Source of the DNA: a virus
Lineage: Duplodnaviria; Caudoviricetes
Strand: one strand, 5' to 3'
Length of the DNA stretch: 64,000 nt
Virus record (IMG/VR): IMGVR_UViG_2700989045_000001
Coordinates: 2,317 to 66,316 of that record
How positions within the stretch are numbered: position 1 is the stretch's first letter; the number at the start of each line of letters is the position of its first letter. This document shows, piece by piece, positions 20,254-29,174 of this stretch. The notes under the pieces are model-generated. The model saw only the letters and a program-made list of their open reading frames with translations, was not told where the DNA came from and ran no database searches. Both the position numbers and the translations under genes were made by a program.

Positions 20254-20760
20254 TCACTTGATTATATTATGGTGTAACATCTTTAAATGATGAGCACCGT
20301 AGATTACAGCCATGTCATCATGGAGGCCCTGTTGGACCTCTTGGTACAACTGTTTAGCCGTAAGTAGTCTAATGTTATCACTAGGTTCTACTAAGCGGCT
20401 ATCAAAGGTCACATAGAATACCTGACAAGGCGTGTAAGTTACATCAGGGCCTTCCATGTAACTCTGAAGGAACTGAACGGATTTGATAGTAGTCCCTGTA
20501 GCTAACTCAATACCTGATTTTAAGGTCTCATTAACTGGGGTGAAGGTCATTGCATTTACTTGTGGGAATCTCTGGGTTTCCATTAGGGAACCACCGGGAG
20601 TTACTTTAAATAACATGACCATATCATTTACTGGGTCATGACAAATACCAATAGCCTTCGCTTGACATTTAATTCTTTCTACTTCACCTGTCATATTGGT
20701 GACTACCCTTTGAACTGTGATGATATTTTCATACACGTTCTGCACGTCTAAAATATCCAT
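20254..20760 (-). CDS. degenerate NUDIX-fold (ADP-ribose pyrophosphatase-like) protein
   Basis: A.....DPVND.V.L and y..pg....p..vfy patterns resemble ADPRase, but no intact Nudix box. Confidence 0.4.
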   Translation of the reverse strand: MDILDVQNVYENIITVQRVVTNMTGEVERIKCQAKAIGICHDPVNDMVMLFKVTPGGSLMETQRFPQVNAMTFTPVNETLKSGIELATGTTIKSVQFLQSYMEGPDVTYTPCQVFYVTFDSRLVEPSDNIRLLTAKQLYQEVQQGLHDDMAVIYGAHHLKMLHHNIIK

Positions 20761-21326
20761 TAATAATCACCTGTTAACTTCATATAGCATGGGCGACAAA
20801 CTGACTCATAAATATCAGTGTCACCACATAAGATTTGTTCTGTACTAGCAACTCTACGATAATGCATGGTTGCCTTCTTGCCACATTTACACATTGAAGG
20901 GGCTTCATCAATGCGGTCTGCTAGTTCAATGAATCGACGAGTAGCAGGGAATAAGTGACCACTGAAGTCACACTTGAGTCCATAGGCGATACATAGGCAT
21001 CCCCATGAGTCCACAATGCGAGCCAAAGCTTCCACTTGGTATTCCTGTAGGAACTGAGCTTCATCCACTAGGATTACATCGGTATCGCTGAGATACCCAT
21101 AGTGCCTTAGAGTGGCCTGTAGGTCATTCTCAGGGCTTATAGCTAAGCAAGGACTACTGATACCAACACGGGAACTTAAGGTGCCCTGAGGCTCCCTGAT
21201 GTCCTGTGTGGGCTTAATAACAACTACACGCTTGCCTTTCTCACGGAACAGATAGGCTTTCATTAGAAGCTCTGCTGATTTACCTGATTCCATGACACCA
21301 TGTTTAAAGATTAATTTACCAGCCAT
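20760..21326 (-). CDS. tdk: thymidine kinase
   Basis: G.M.SGKS.ELL, VDEAQFL, YGL..DF.G.LF, C.CG.KA and YESVCR.C motifs. Confidence 0.95.
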   Translation of the reverse strand: MAGKLIFKHGVMESGKSAELLMKAYLFREKGKRVVVIKPTQDIREPQGTLSSRVGISSPCLAISPENDLQATLRHYGYLSDTDVILVDEAQFLQEYQVEALARIVDSWGCLCIAYGLKCDFSGHLFPATRRFIELADRIDEAPSMCKCGKKATMHYRRVASTEQILCGDTDIYESVCRPCYMKLTGDY

Positions 21327-21330
21327 AGCA

Positions 21331-21609
21331 TCACCAATTACAATCTTTCTTAGCTTGTTTTAAACGTCTACGTATTTCCCTCTTTGTAGGTTTGACTGGA
21401 TAGCCATTAATACCTATCGTTCCGTAGCCACATTTAATCTGTAGAATCCATAGATACCCTAGGAAGTTGCCTACAGGTACAGGGGAGTTTACATCACAAG
21501 CGTCGTACTGAGGTACGTAATCCACAAAAATACTGAGCTTAGGATGTTTACGATGTTTATTCTTCATACCATCACCACTTAATAGACAATAATGGAACCT
21601 GTGCTCCAT
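21331..21609 (-). CDS. hypothetical protein
   Basis: ORF; KPTKREIRR motif shared with 21835..22047; true start possibly the internal MKNKH. Confidence 0.5.
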   Translation of the reverse strand: MEHRFHYCLLSGDGMKNKHRKHPKLSIFVDYVPQYDACDVNSPVPVGNFLGYLWILQIKCGYGTIGINGYPVKPTKREIRRRLKQAKKDCNW

Positions 21610-21817
21610 GTTTATTAATACGCTGTAGAACCATAGAGCGGTATCGCATATTGTGTTCTATGTTCCAGTTCCAATTATCAAGGGCTTCTTTATATCCCGG
21701 GAAGATTGCCACATGCTTAGGACAATGGTCCCATGTGGTTACCACTTGGTACTCTTGGGTTCCACGAAGTTTATCGATGAACAGCACAAGGCGCTCACCT
21801 AATTTCAAATCCGACAC
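21572..21817 (-). CDS. hypothetical protein
   Basis: ORF whose GTG start lies inside a palindrome copy, with GGAG 10 nt upstream. Confidence 0.5.
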   Translation of the reverse strand: MSDLKLGERLVLFIDKLRGTQEYQVVTTWDHCPKHVAIFPGYKEALDNWNWNIEHNMRYRSMVLQRINKHGAQVPLLSIKW

Positions 21818-21827
21818 TGTCTGATTT
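21807..21827. repeat. 21-bp dispersed palindrome copy 5
   Basis: AAATCCGACACTGTCTGATTT. Confidence 0.95.
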
Positions 21828-21834
21828 CTCCCAA

Positions 21835-22047
21835 TTATCTAAATTTACCTGTACGAATATCATAGTGTTTCACTATGTTTCCCCAAGGGTTCTTAGTAAC
21901 AGCCTTCTGCTGTCTACGGATTTGTCTGGCTGTAGGTCTCGTAGAGTAGTAACACATCATTCCTGTAGCATGATTTAAAGTATCAAGTACCCACACCATT
22001 TGACCATCAGGGCTTATTTGAGTATAGCTTAACTTAGTCTTAAGCAT
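21835..22047 (-). CDS. hypothetical protein
   Basis: RBS GAGG; RPTARQIRR motif. Confidence 0.55.
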   Translation of the reverse strand: MLKTKLSYTQISPDGQMVWVLDTLNHATGMMCYYSTRPTARQIRRQQKAVTKNPWGNIVKHYDIRTGKFR

Positions 22048-22100
22048 GATTATACCTCACCGACAATCCCCAAGGTCCACACGGGAACCAAGGGGTATAT

Positions 22101-22310
22101 TTAGTTTCTACAGGCAGCCCAAATGAGCCCACCAGTAATTAAAGTGATAACTGCCATGAAAGAGAAAATCCCTAGGCCAGCCAACACTGGGAAGAAGACA
22201 ACAATCCACCACGACCAATCAATAATGGCCATTAGTTTCAATGTTGCAACAACCACCCACAGCAATCCAATCGGACCAATGCTGTTATTTGTTACATTTA
22301 CAGTTTTCAT
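22101..22310 (-). CDS. small membrane protein
   Basis: LKL..IIDWSWW.V..P motif, hydrophobic. Confidence 0.65.
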   Translation of the reverse strand: MKTVNVTNNSIGPIGLLWVVVATLKLMAIIDWSWWIVVFFPVLAGLGIFSFMAVITLITGGLIWAACRN

Positions 22311-23020
22311 TCATGTTCACCTTGTAAGATATAAACATAGATAAAGTCACACACTTTAGCCTCAAGGTCCTCTAGGGTCCCATCGTTGACAATAGTGTGA
22401 CATATAAGGTTACCTTCAATCCCTGCTTCACTAGCATGACCACGGACAACATGCCCTTTACGTGGGTCCACTACTTGGATAACCAAGCCGCCTTTCTGGA
22501 TGATACTTAGGGCTTCCACATTGCGATGCTCTTGGGTATCACCGTGGCCTCTCACATCAGTCACTACTGCGTTTTCATCAGGGAGCCAAGGGTCAATCCA
22601 GAATCTCTCATTGATTTTCTGGCGGCCAAACTCAGTACCTGTTAGTTGGTATAACTTACGCCATGAGGAAGTGAATAAGATACGACCATCTTGGAGTTCA
22701 AAGCAGATGCCATGATAGGCTTTCAGAATATGTACATACTCATCCACCATATCAGCTACGTCAACATCGTACATCATCATGCCTTTATGCAATACATTAA
22801 GCATGGCTGTCTCGATGTCTGCACGAGTGGTCATGAACAATACTGAACCTTCTTTGTTTGACTCAGCGCTCTCACCGTATTCCAAGGCATCCTCTAGGAA
22901 TTCCTTAATTTTATCAGCGAAAGCAAATCGGGTAGCTGCTGGCATATGTGATAGCAACATACCGCCGACCGTGTCTTTACCACTACGGGCAAGCCCTGTG
23001 ATACCTATTAGACTAATCAT
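22307..23020 (-). CDS. deoxynucleoside monophosphate kinase
   Basis: IGITGLARSGKDT P-loop, FAD.IK, Q..GTE.GR, VTDVR, H.SE, I.NDGT motifs. Confidence 0.9.
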   Translation of the reverse strand: MISLIGITGLARSGKDTVGGMLLSHMPAATRFAFADKIKEFLEDALEYGESAESNKEGSVLFMTTRADIETAMLNVLHKGMMMYDVDVADMVDEYVHILKAYHGICFELQDGRILFTSSWRKLYQLTGTEFGRQKINERFWIDPWLPDENAVVTDVRGHGDTQEHRNVEALSIIQKGGLVIQVVDPRKGHVVRGHASEAGIEGNLICHTIVNDGTLEDLEAKVCDFIYVYILQGEHE

Positions 23021-23200
23021 CGTTCAACCTCTGCAAATAACAGATAATGAATAGCAGGATTAACACCAACGGTTACCTTGTAGTAACTCTGAGCAAACGT
23101 CTCATGTTCTACAGTTTCCACTACATCACAAACATCACCTGCTTTGATGTAGAAATAATCGAATTTACTTACTACTTGATTTACCATATTCCTTACCTCT

Positions 23201-23217
23201 CTATAAGGTGGCCCTTA
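23201..23217 (-). promoter_or_regulatory. phage RNAP promoter (variant)
   Basis: TAAGGGCCACCTTATAG on the minus strand. Confidence 0.6.
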
Positions 23218-23244
23218 ATAAGGGGGGGCCGAAGCCCCTTTAGA

Positions 23245-23718
23245 TTACATAAGACTCAATATTACCTTTAGGTATTCCTGACCTTTCTTAACGATTACCT
23301 TGTCCACCTCAATACGGTAGACTTGACAATCATCAAAGCTATCATCCACACATGCGGTGATAGAGTCTAGTAAGGGCTTCAAGCAGTTATCCGCATCTGC
23401 CCTTTTATTACTATACCCCACCTCTACAGTGAGTAAAAACTTATCAGTCTTGGAAATCCCATAGGTCCCCCCGGCTACTCTAGCAATCACATCACGATAA
23501 CACAGGTACTCTTTGGTTTCATAGGTCTTACGTGCCCCGCTCATCTTGTTCGTTGATAAAGGGAGCACTTGAGCTACGAACTCAATAGGTAACTTACGTT
23601 TACGTTCCTTGACTCTTTCTAGGGTTTCCTTAAGGGTTTCCTCAAGTTCTTTTCTGGGTACATTCTTTAATCTCTTGCTCTGCTCTGAAGCCGACTCGTT
23701 AGGAATTGGAAATTCCAT
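23245..23718 (-). CDS. rusA: RusA-like Holliday junction resolvase
   Basis: PLSTNK, DADNCLKPLLD and DD.QV motifs. Confidence 0.85.
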   Translation of the reverse strand: MEFPIPNESASEQSKRLKNVPRKELEETLKETLERVKERKRKLPIEFVAQVLPLSTNKMSGARKTYETKEYLCYRDVIARVAGGTYGISKTDKFLLTVEVGYSNKRADADNCLKPLLDSITACVDDSFDDCQVYRIEVDKVIVKKGQEYLKVILSLM

Positions 23719-23818
23719 TTTAGCCTCCTACAGAGATTACAATATGACACCATGAGCTAACATGAAATGCCAAGCTAAGACACTAGGTTCTTGAGTAAGG
23801 AAGTATCCTTGCCAGAAA

Positions 23819-24901
23819 TCAGAACTCATCATCAAAATCAGAGAGTACATCATCATCCTCCTCATCAAATTCGTTGAAGACTTGATAGGCGGCTTCTTGT
23901 GGGGTGAAGTCGATTACTGCATCATTAGGAATCTCATCTATAGTGCGTAGCATATAGACAAGCCTGAATACTTCATTGAAGCGGTCAGTCCCCTTTTGGT
24001 ACGGGTTATCTTCATCTAACAATTCCCCGTCTACCCAGTAGGCATCAACGTACTCATTTAGTACGACAGTTGGGTAATCTTCAACTGCAACACCCTCTAA
24101 TAACTCTGCTGCTCTCGCTGGTCCATATTGCATATCGCTAGGAGCCTTGAGTTGCTTAGGGTCATCTAGGGTTTCATAACCTACTAGTTTAGCGTGGGCC
24201 ATCTTCCGAGTACTTAGGTTGCCTGTAGAGAGCAACTTAGGTTCACTGGGGACTTTCATGTAAGACTCAAACACAGGCACTTTAGAGCCTAGCTGAGGTT
24301 TCCAAGCGGCCTCTGATAATCCCGGAATGTTATCTGTTCCGAGGTCACCTGTGATTACCTGTTTCCAAAGATAAAGCTCAGCCTTATCCTCATCAACATA
24401 ATCTAATATACCTCGGGTCCAGTTTAGGTGCCAACCGGGACTCTGGCGTAAGTCTTTATCAAGACTACAGAGTACTGATTTGATACCGTGGTCACGGAAG
24501 TATTTATGAGCAATAGCTAATGCATCATCAGCTTCGATACCTTGCATAACTTGACAGTGCCAAGCTGTTTGCAAGTACTCACGAATCTTTGTGTACCACT
24601 TAGGTCTATCGGCACCTGCACGATTCCCTTTGTACACATAGGTAACCGCATCATCCAAACGATAGTTCTTACCACCATTAGTTAAGAAACCAATGAGGTG
24701 AGTACCACCTGATTCTTGAATACGTTTACGCATGAAGTTATCCACCTGTTTCTCCACGAGGGACCAAGAGGTTTCATTCTCACACATGAATGCTACACTA
24801 TATGCAGGGATATCTGCATCAATTAGACTTATTACTGCGTTCTTCTTTTTCAGTTCTGTGAGCTGTTCTGCGGTCAATAGAGTGTGACCTGAACTACTCA
24901 T
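23819..24901 (-). CDS. 5'-3' exonuclease (T7 gp6 / FEN-like)
   Basis: LIDAD, YKGNR, EADD, DKDL.Q, GD..DNIPG motifs. Confidence 0.92.
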   Translation of the reverse strand: MSSSGHTLLTAEQLTELKKKNAVISLIDADIPAYSVAFMCENETSWSLVEKQVDNFMRKRIQESGGTHLIGFLTNGGKNYRLDDAVTYVYKGNRAGADRPKWYTKIREYLQTAWHCQVMQGIEADDALAIAHKYFRDHGIKSVLCSLDKDLRQSPGWHLNWTRGILDYVDEDKAELYLWKQVITGDLGTDNIPGLSEAAWKPQLGSKVPVFESYMKVPSEPKLLSTGNLSTRKMAHAKLVGYETLDDPKQLKAPSDMQYGPARAAELLEGVAVEDYPTVVLNEYVDAYWVDGELLDEDNPYQKGTDRFNEVFRLVYMLRTIDEIPNDAVIDFTPQEAAYQVFNEFDEEDDDVLSDFDDEF

Positions 24902-25007
24902 TACATTCTCCTTACAAGAATAGAACTAAACCAATAGTGAAGCCTACTAGGAATCCCACGAGGAGCCGTACTTCACTGGGTAGATTGTTGTATTTCTCTA
25001 ACATAAA

Positions 25008-25325
25008 TTACTCCACAGGTTTAACATGCCATTCGTCTTTATCCCGAGTTCCAACCCAGTGAGGGTTGTCATCTACCCATACATCCACAGGGAAGTCATG
25101 ATACTTAATGCAGTAATCATGCTTCTCATAGCCTGCTGTGTGAATCACAGGGAGCTCTGGGGTGAACTTAGAGGCATATTCATAGACTTCATCAAGGCCA
25201 TACTCTTCACTACGACAAGTCACAATACGGATATCATGACCACGCAATCGAGAATTCACAATGAACATATGGAACAACTCAGGGTCAGCGGTTATGGTGT
25301 TGTCAAAGTCTAAGCCAATGTTCAT
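25008..25325 (-). CDS. HAD-family phosphatase
   Basis: GLDFDNT motif I, IVTCR motif II, VWVDD motif IV. Confidence 0.8.
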   Translation of the reverse strand: MNIGLDFDNTITADPELFHMFIVNSRLRGHDIRIVTCRSEEYGLDEVYEYASKFTPELPVIHTAGYEKHDYCIKYHDFPVDVWVDDNPHWVGTRDKDEWHVKPVE

Positions 25326-25558
25326 TAGATTACCGCCACTTTAGTACGGCGTACCCATTGTTTCTGACTGTATGAACTTCTGTCAGGGTCACCCACAAGG
25401 TACACACGGTCATCAGTTACACGGTCAACAACACCTTTCGTCATAACCTGCTTACCGCTCCATTTAGCGTTGATGTAGAAGACCTCAGCGCCTGCTGTGA
25501 TTTCTTTACCGAAGTTATCAGTTATCATTAGCAGCCTCCACAGCTTCAATGGCATCAT
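25325..25558 (-). CDS. hypothetical protein
   Basis: D..G.EI..G..V.Y pattern, also in 34278..34469; start likely internal. Confidence 0.5.
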   Translation of the reverse strand: MMPLKLWRLLMITDNFGKEITAGAEVFYINAKWSGKQVMTKGVVDRVTDDRVYLVGDPDRSSYSQKQWVRRTKVAVI

Positions 25559-25787
25559 TTAGGAAATCACGAAGCTGCTTGGCTTCCTCTAGATTCCAAG
25601 TGTAACCATAAGGGTGCATAGGGATGTAATCACCAGACATATTAAATGCAGAGATTTCAACCACTGCATCTTCATCATTCATGTCCATATCCATATCATC
25701 ACCTGATGAAATCTGAACGAAGCTTTCAGGGTTTTCGTTATATAAATTAAGACTACTCATTAGGGGCCTCCAAGGCTCTCTTGGCAT
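25518..25787 (-). CDS. hypothetical acidic protein
   Basis: Tightly packed ORF; start likely MSSLN. Confidence 0.5.
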   Translation of the reverse strand: MPREPWRPLMSSLNLYNENPESFVQISSGDDMDMDMNDEDAVVEISAFNMSGDYIPMHPYGYTWNLEEAKQLRDFLNDAIEAVEAANDN

Positions 25788-26031
25788 CCATGAAAGGTTT
25801 CAATTGAGCCTGAATACCTTCACGTGCTACGTTAGATAGGTTAGCTTGTGCTGCATGTGCTTTATTAGCTTGCTCAAGCTGCTGCATGTAAACAATATTT
25901 AAAGCAATAGCTTCATTGTTCTGTGTTTCAGCTTTCTCAAGCTGCTGTACGGTTTTAACCATAGGAGCCATAATGGACTCCACGGATTTAATTTTACCGT
26001 AACCGAAAAGACTTAATAACCATTTAATCAT
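25753..26031 (-). CDS. hypothetical coiled-coil protein
   Basis: Overlapping start/stop packing. Confidence 0.55.
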   Translation of the reverse strand: MIKWLLSLFGYGKIKSVESIMAPMVKTVQQLEKAETQNNEAIALNIVYMQQLEQANKAHAAQANLSNVAREGIQAQLKPFMDAKRALEAPNE

Positions 26032-26231
26032 TCTTCAATAACCTCGAATTCATGAGGGGAGTAGTAATAAGCTTTAAAAGGCCCCTCTTCATTAAAAGTA
26101 GGCTCATCAACACCTAGTAACTTAGAGTTAATTTTAATACCTGATAGCCCCGCTGCATTGTTGGCTTCATAGATTTTACCTACAGTAGCAGGAGCACCGT
26201 AGCCCCCGTCAGTGAGTAACTTAACTTTCAT
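26028..26231 (-). CDS. hypothetical protein
   Basis: MKVKLL.DGGY phage small-protein pattern. Confidence 0.55.
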   Translation of the reverse strand: MKVKLLTDGGYGAPATVGKIYEANNAAGLSGIKINSKLLGVDEPTFNEEGPFKAYYYSPHEFEVIEE

Positions 26232-26880
26232 GAATCACCTCTACATCTTCAGGCCAGAACACATAATAGTAATCATCATCAAAGCAGTCTTCTTGGCATC
26301 CCAGACGATTCAATTCATCACCCTTTATGGAATATAAGTTTCCTTCTTGGGTAAGGGAAGCTTCTACTTTGTTCCCAAGGGCTTCTTTAGGAATCCCGAT
26401 ATACTTAGGGGAGTTACCTATCAGTTTAACTTGCATGTTGTTCTCCAAATCAGACACTGTCGGATTTCTCCAATTTCTTATCCATTTACACCCAGTACTA
26501 AAGGAGACACCGAAGCGTCTCCCCAGTTCTGCCCCTGAGCACCCTGTAGACTCCCAGAACTCCTTAGCAGGAATTCGTTTGTCATCAGCCCTCTCTATAT
26601 TAGTCTTAGCTTTATGTTTAGCTATAGACAATAGTTGTAAATGCTCAGGATTTATACAGTGGCGATTGCGACACTTATGGTCTACCTCAAAACCCTCAGG
26701 GATGGGGCCATAAGTATCTTCATACACCTTACGATGCCACATTACAGCCTTGCCTTCCTTTGTCATTTTACGGAAGTACCCATCCTGATTAAGTTTATGT
26801 GATACAACTAAATAACAACCTAGGCTATTAGTATTTATAATAATAGGTTTACTATTAGACATCAATGCGTCTCTGCCCAT
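26221..26880 (-). CDS. HNH endonuclease read through a palindrome into a small downstream ORF
   Basis: HR.VYE...GPIP.G..VDHKCRNR.C.NPEHL HNH motif plus HTH; internal RBS GGAG and MQVKL start right after the palindrome. Confidence 0.8.
   Translation of the reverse strand: MGRDALMSNSKPIIINTNSLGCYLVVSHKLNQDGYFRKMTKEGKAVMWHRKVYEDTYGPIPEGFEVDHKCRNRHCINPEHLQLLSIAKHKAKTNIERADDKRIPAKEFWESTGCSGAELGRRFGVSFSTGCKWIRNWRNPTVSDLENNMQVKLIGNSPKYIGIPKEALGNKVEASLTQEGNLYSIKGDELNRLGCQEDCFDDDYYYVFWPEDVEVIHES
26447..26467. repeat. 21-bp dispersed palindrome copy 6
   Basis: AAATCAGACACTGTCGGATTT. Confidence 0.95.
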
Positions 26881-29105
26881 GACCGTCCTGCTTTAGCTTC
26901 TGAGGCTAAAGGACAGCGGAATTTCATAGCTTCACCTACTAGAGGCATAGTGGCTTCACAAATTTCCATTAGTGCTTCCACATGGTCATCACGTACAATA
27001 AATTGATACTCATCGTGAACTGAGGCTACTAAACGAGCATCAATACCATGAGCATGAATGTTACGCACGATAGCGAGTAACCATACCTTACATACGACTG
27101 CACCACAGGATTGCAATAGGGAGTTCAGGGCTGCATAGGCCGCACGAATACGGATACGTCTACCATCAATACCTTTGACTGTAGCTGTTCCACGCATACC
27201 TCTTGACTCTACCGTTTCAGTTACTTTCGTAATCAAACGTTCTAACTTCGGTAGACCTTTAAGGAAGCGTTTCTTAAGCTTAGCACCTTCGGCTTTCTTG
27301 GTAGGAATATCAGCATAAGGGACAACGATGGAACCTATCTTCTCATTACCTGCGCCATACAGGAACGCATAGATAAACGTTTTAGCTTGACCACGTTTCT
27401 CTAGCCCCGCAAGCATTTGGTTATGAGAGTGGATATCACCATGAAGGATTAGGTCAGTGTATTCCGGGTCGTTCATGTAGTGTGCTAGGCATCGTAATTC
27501 CAATCCACTAGCATCTGCACCAACTACTGTGTATCCCTCGGGAGCACAGAATAGGTCTCTACAATCAGCCCCGTAACCGCCTTTAATACCCCAGATTAGA
27601 ATCTCACCATGAGCTGCTGCTACTGCAAACTGAGCCTCATCCCAGTCGCCTGAACGTAAGTCCTCAGGTTCCAGTTTGGATTTCACAGGTTTCATGGTGG
27701 CTACATCAACTGCCACTAAGGCTCCCTTAGGATATGCTTTACCATCATAGGTCATTAAGCATAGAGCCGGGTCCCCTTTCTTAGGTTCATGTACTATTTC
27801 AATCTTACCACCCTTGTGGATTAGACCATGTACATCTGTTGTAGCAGAGGCGGGTACTTGGGCCACGTTAGGGTTCGAGTGGGTCATACGGTTTGTTACT
27901 GCACCTACTGAGTTTACATAGCCATGAATAGCTCCTGTATCCCAGTCATAGTGTTCCATCCAACTGCCAACCATAGACAGTATCTTAGATACCTTAAAGT
28001 ATTCCTGTAGCAATACGCCTTCAGGAATCCCAGAGTCACCTAATGATTCCAGTACTTCATCATCAATAATGACGTTACCTTTATCAGTGAATTTCGTGGG
28101 CACCCAACCTGCTCGTTGCAGTCTCTCAGAGATTTGCTGTCTTGAGCCAAGGTTGAATTCCTCAGTAACCACCGGAGTAAATGCACCGCTGTAGTATTCT
28201 ACATGGTCCACAAAGAATCGGTGTTCTGGGATAGGGATGTAACTATCGTAGGTTACACCAAAGATATTCTTGAGTCCCACGGAAGACAGTACGCCTTTCT
28301 GGGTGACTCTAGGTTGAACCTCTTTGGGAACCGAGTTACCTTCCTCGTCTTTGAGTGTGGTTTTAGGTTTATAGATAGGTTGAAATACTGCACGTACTTG
28401 GTCTTCAAGTTCATGCATTCTCACTTGGAGAGTGTTATGAAAAGTATCGGCGGCTTCAATATTGAACCACCAACCTTCACGCATTTGCCAACAGATATAC
28501 TCGGCAACTTCCATTTCCAGTTGGATTGATAAATCATCCCAACCTTTCATTTGGCGTCTTAGCCAATGGAAAATCTTAACGTTCACTCGGACGTCCTGAG
28601 CACAATAAGTGAGCATTTCTGGACAGTACTCGTGGAACGCCTTGTCTTCCCCAAAGGAATCCTTATGTTCCCCAACGATGTAACCAAGGTTCATCAAGGT
28701 ATGAGGACCAACATTCTTCCAAGACTCATTATGAGCATTCCAGACCTTTTGGGGACAGTCAGGGTGACGCTCTAAGTTCGGGTTAAACATACGTGAGGCA
28801 ATGAGGGTATCATAAATAACAACACCTTCTCGTGGCTCCCACCCATGAAGTTTCTTCATAGCTGGTAAGTCATAGCCGATAATATTGTGACCGATTATCC
28901 AGTGAGCTTCGTCTAGCTTAGCACAAAACTCACTCATTTGGTCGGGGTCGTAGTACCAGATGTCCCCGGTATCCACGTCTTCTACGACAGCACAGAAGAA
29001 TAGGCTTACTTCTTTAAGTAACCCATTGGCTTCTATATCGAAACAGAAACGTTTCTTCATTGCTGCCCATAAAGGATTCAATTCAAATTTAAAGTCGATT
29101 TCCAT
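26862..29105 (-). CDS. DNA polymerase, family A (T7 gp5-like) with 3'-5' exonuclease
   Basis: FDIEANG, GHNI.GYD, DASGLELR (motif A), R.QAKTFIYAFLYG (motif B), VHDE (motif C). Confidence 0.97.
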   Translation of the reverse strand: MEIDFKFELNPLWAAMKKRFCFDIEANGLLKEVSLFFCAVVEDVDTGDIWYYDPDQMSEFCAKLDEAHWIIGHNIIGYDLPAMKKLHGWEPREGVVIYDTLIASRMFNPNLERHPDCPQKVWNAHNESWKNVGPHTLMNLGYIVGEHKDSFGEDKAFHEYCPEMLTYCAQDVRVNVKIFHWLRRQMKGWDDLSIQLEMEVAEYICWQMREGWWFNIEAADTFHNTLQVRMHELEDQVRAVFQPIYKPKTTLKDEEGNSVPKEVQPRVTQKGVLSSVGLKNIFGVTYDSYIPIPEHRFFVDHVEYYSGAFTPVVTEEFNLGSRQQISERLQRAGWVPTKFTDKGNVIIDDEVLESLGDSGIPEGVLLQEYFKVSKILSMVGSWMEHYDWDTGAIHGYVNSVGAVTNRMTHSNPNVAQVPASATTDVHGLIHKGGKIEIVHEPKKGDPALCLMTYDGKAYPKGALVAVDVATMKPVKSKLEPEDLRSGDWDEAQFAVAAAHGEILIWGIKGGYGADCRDLFCAPEGYTVVGADASGLELRCLAHYMNDPEYTDLILHGDIHSHNQMLAGLEKRGQAKTFIYAFLYGAGNEKIGSIVVPYADIPTKKAEGAKLKKRFLKGLPKLERLITKVTETVESRGMRGTATVKGIDGRRIRIRAAYAALNSLLQSCGAVVCKVWLLAIVRNIHAHGIDARLVASVHDEYQFIVRDDHVEALMEICEATMPLVGEAMKFRCPLASEAKAGRSWAETH

Positions 29106-29148
29106 CGGGACTCCCAGAGGACACCCGGACAGACCTTACAGGCCATTC

Positions 29149-29169
29149 AAATCCGACAGTGTCCGATTT
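29149..29169. repeat. 21-bp dispersed palindrome copy 7
   Basis: AAATCCGACAGTGTCCGATTT. Confidence 0.95.
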
Positions 29170-29174
29170 GTAAA

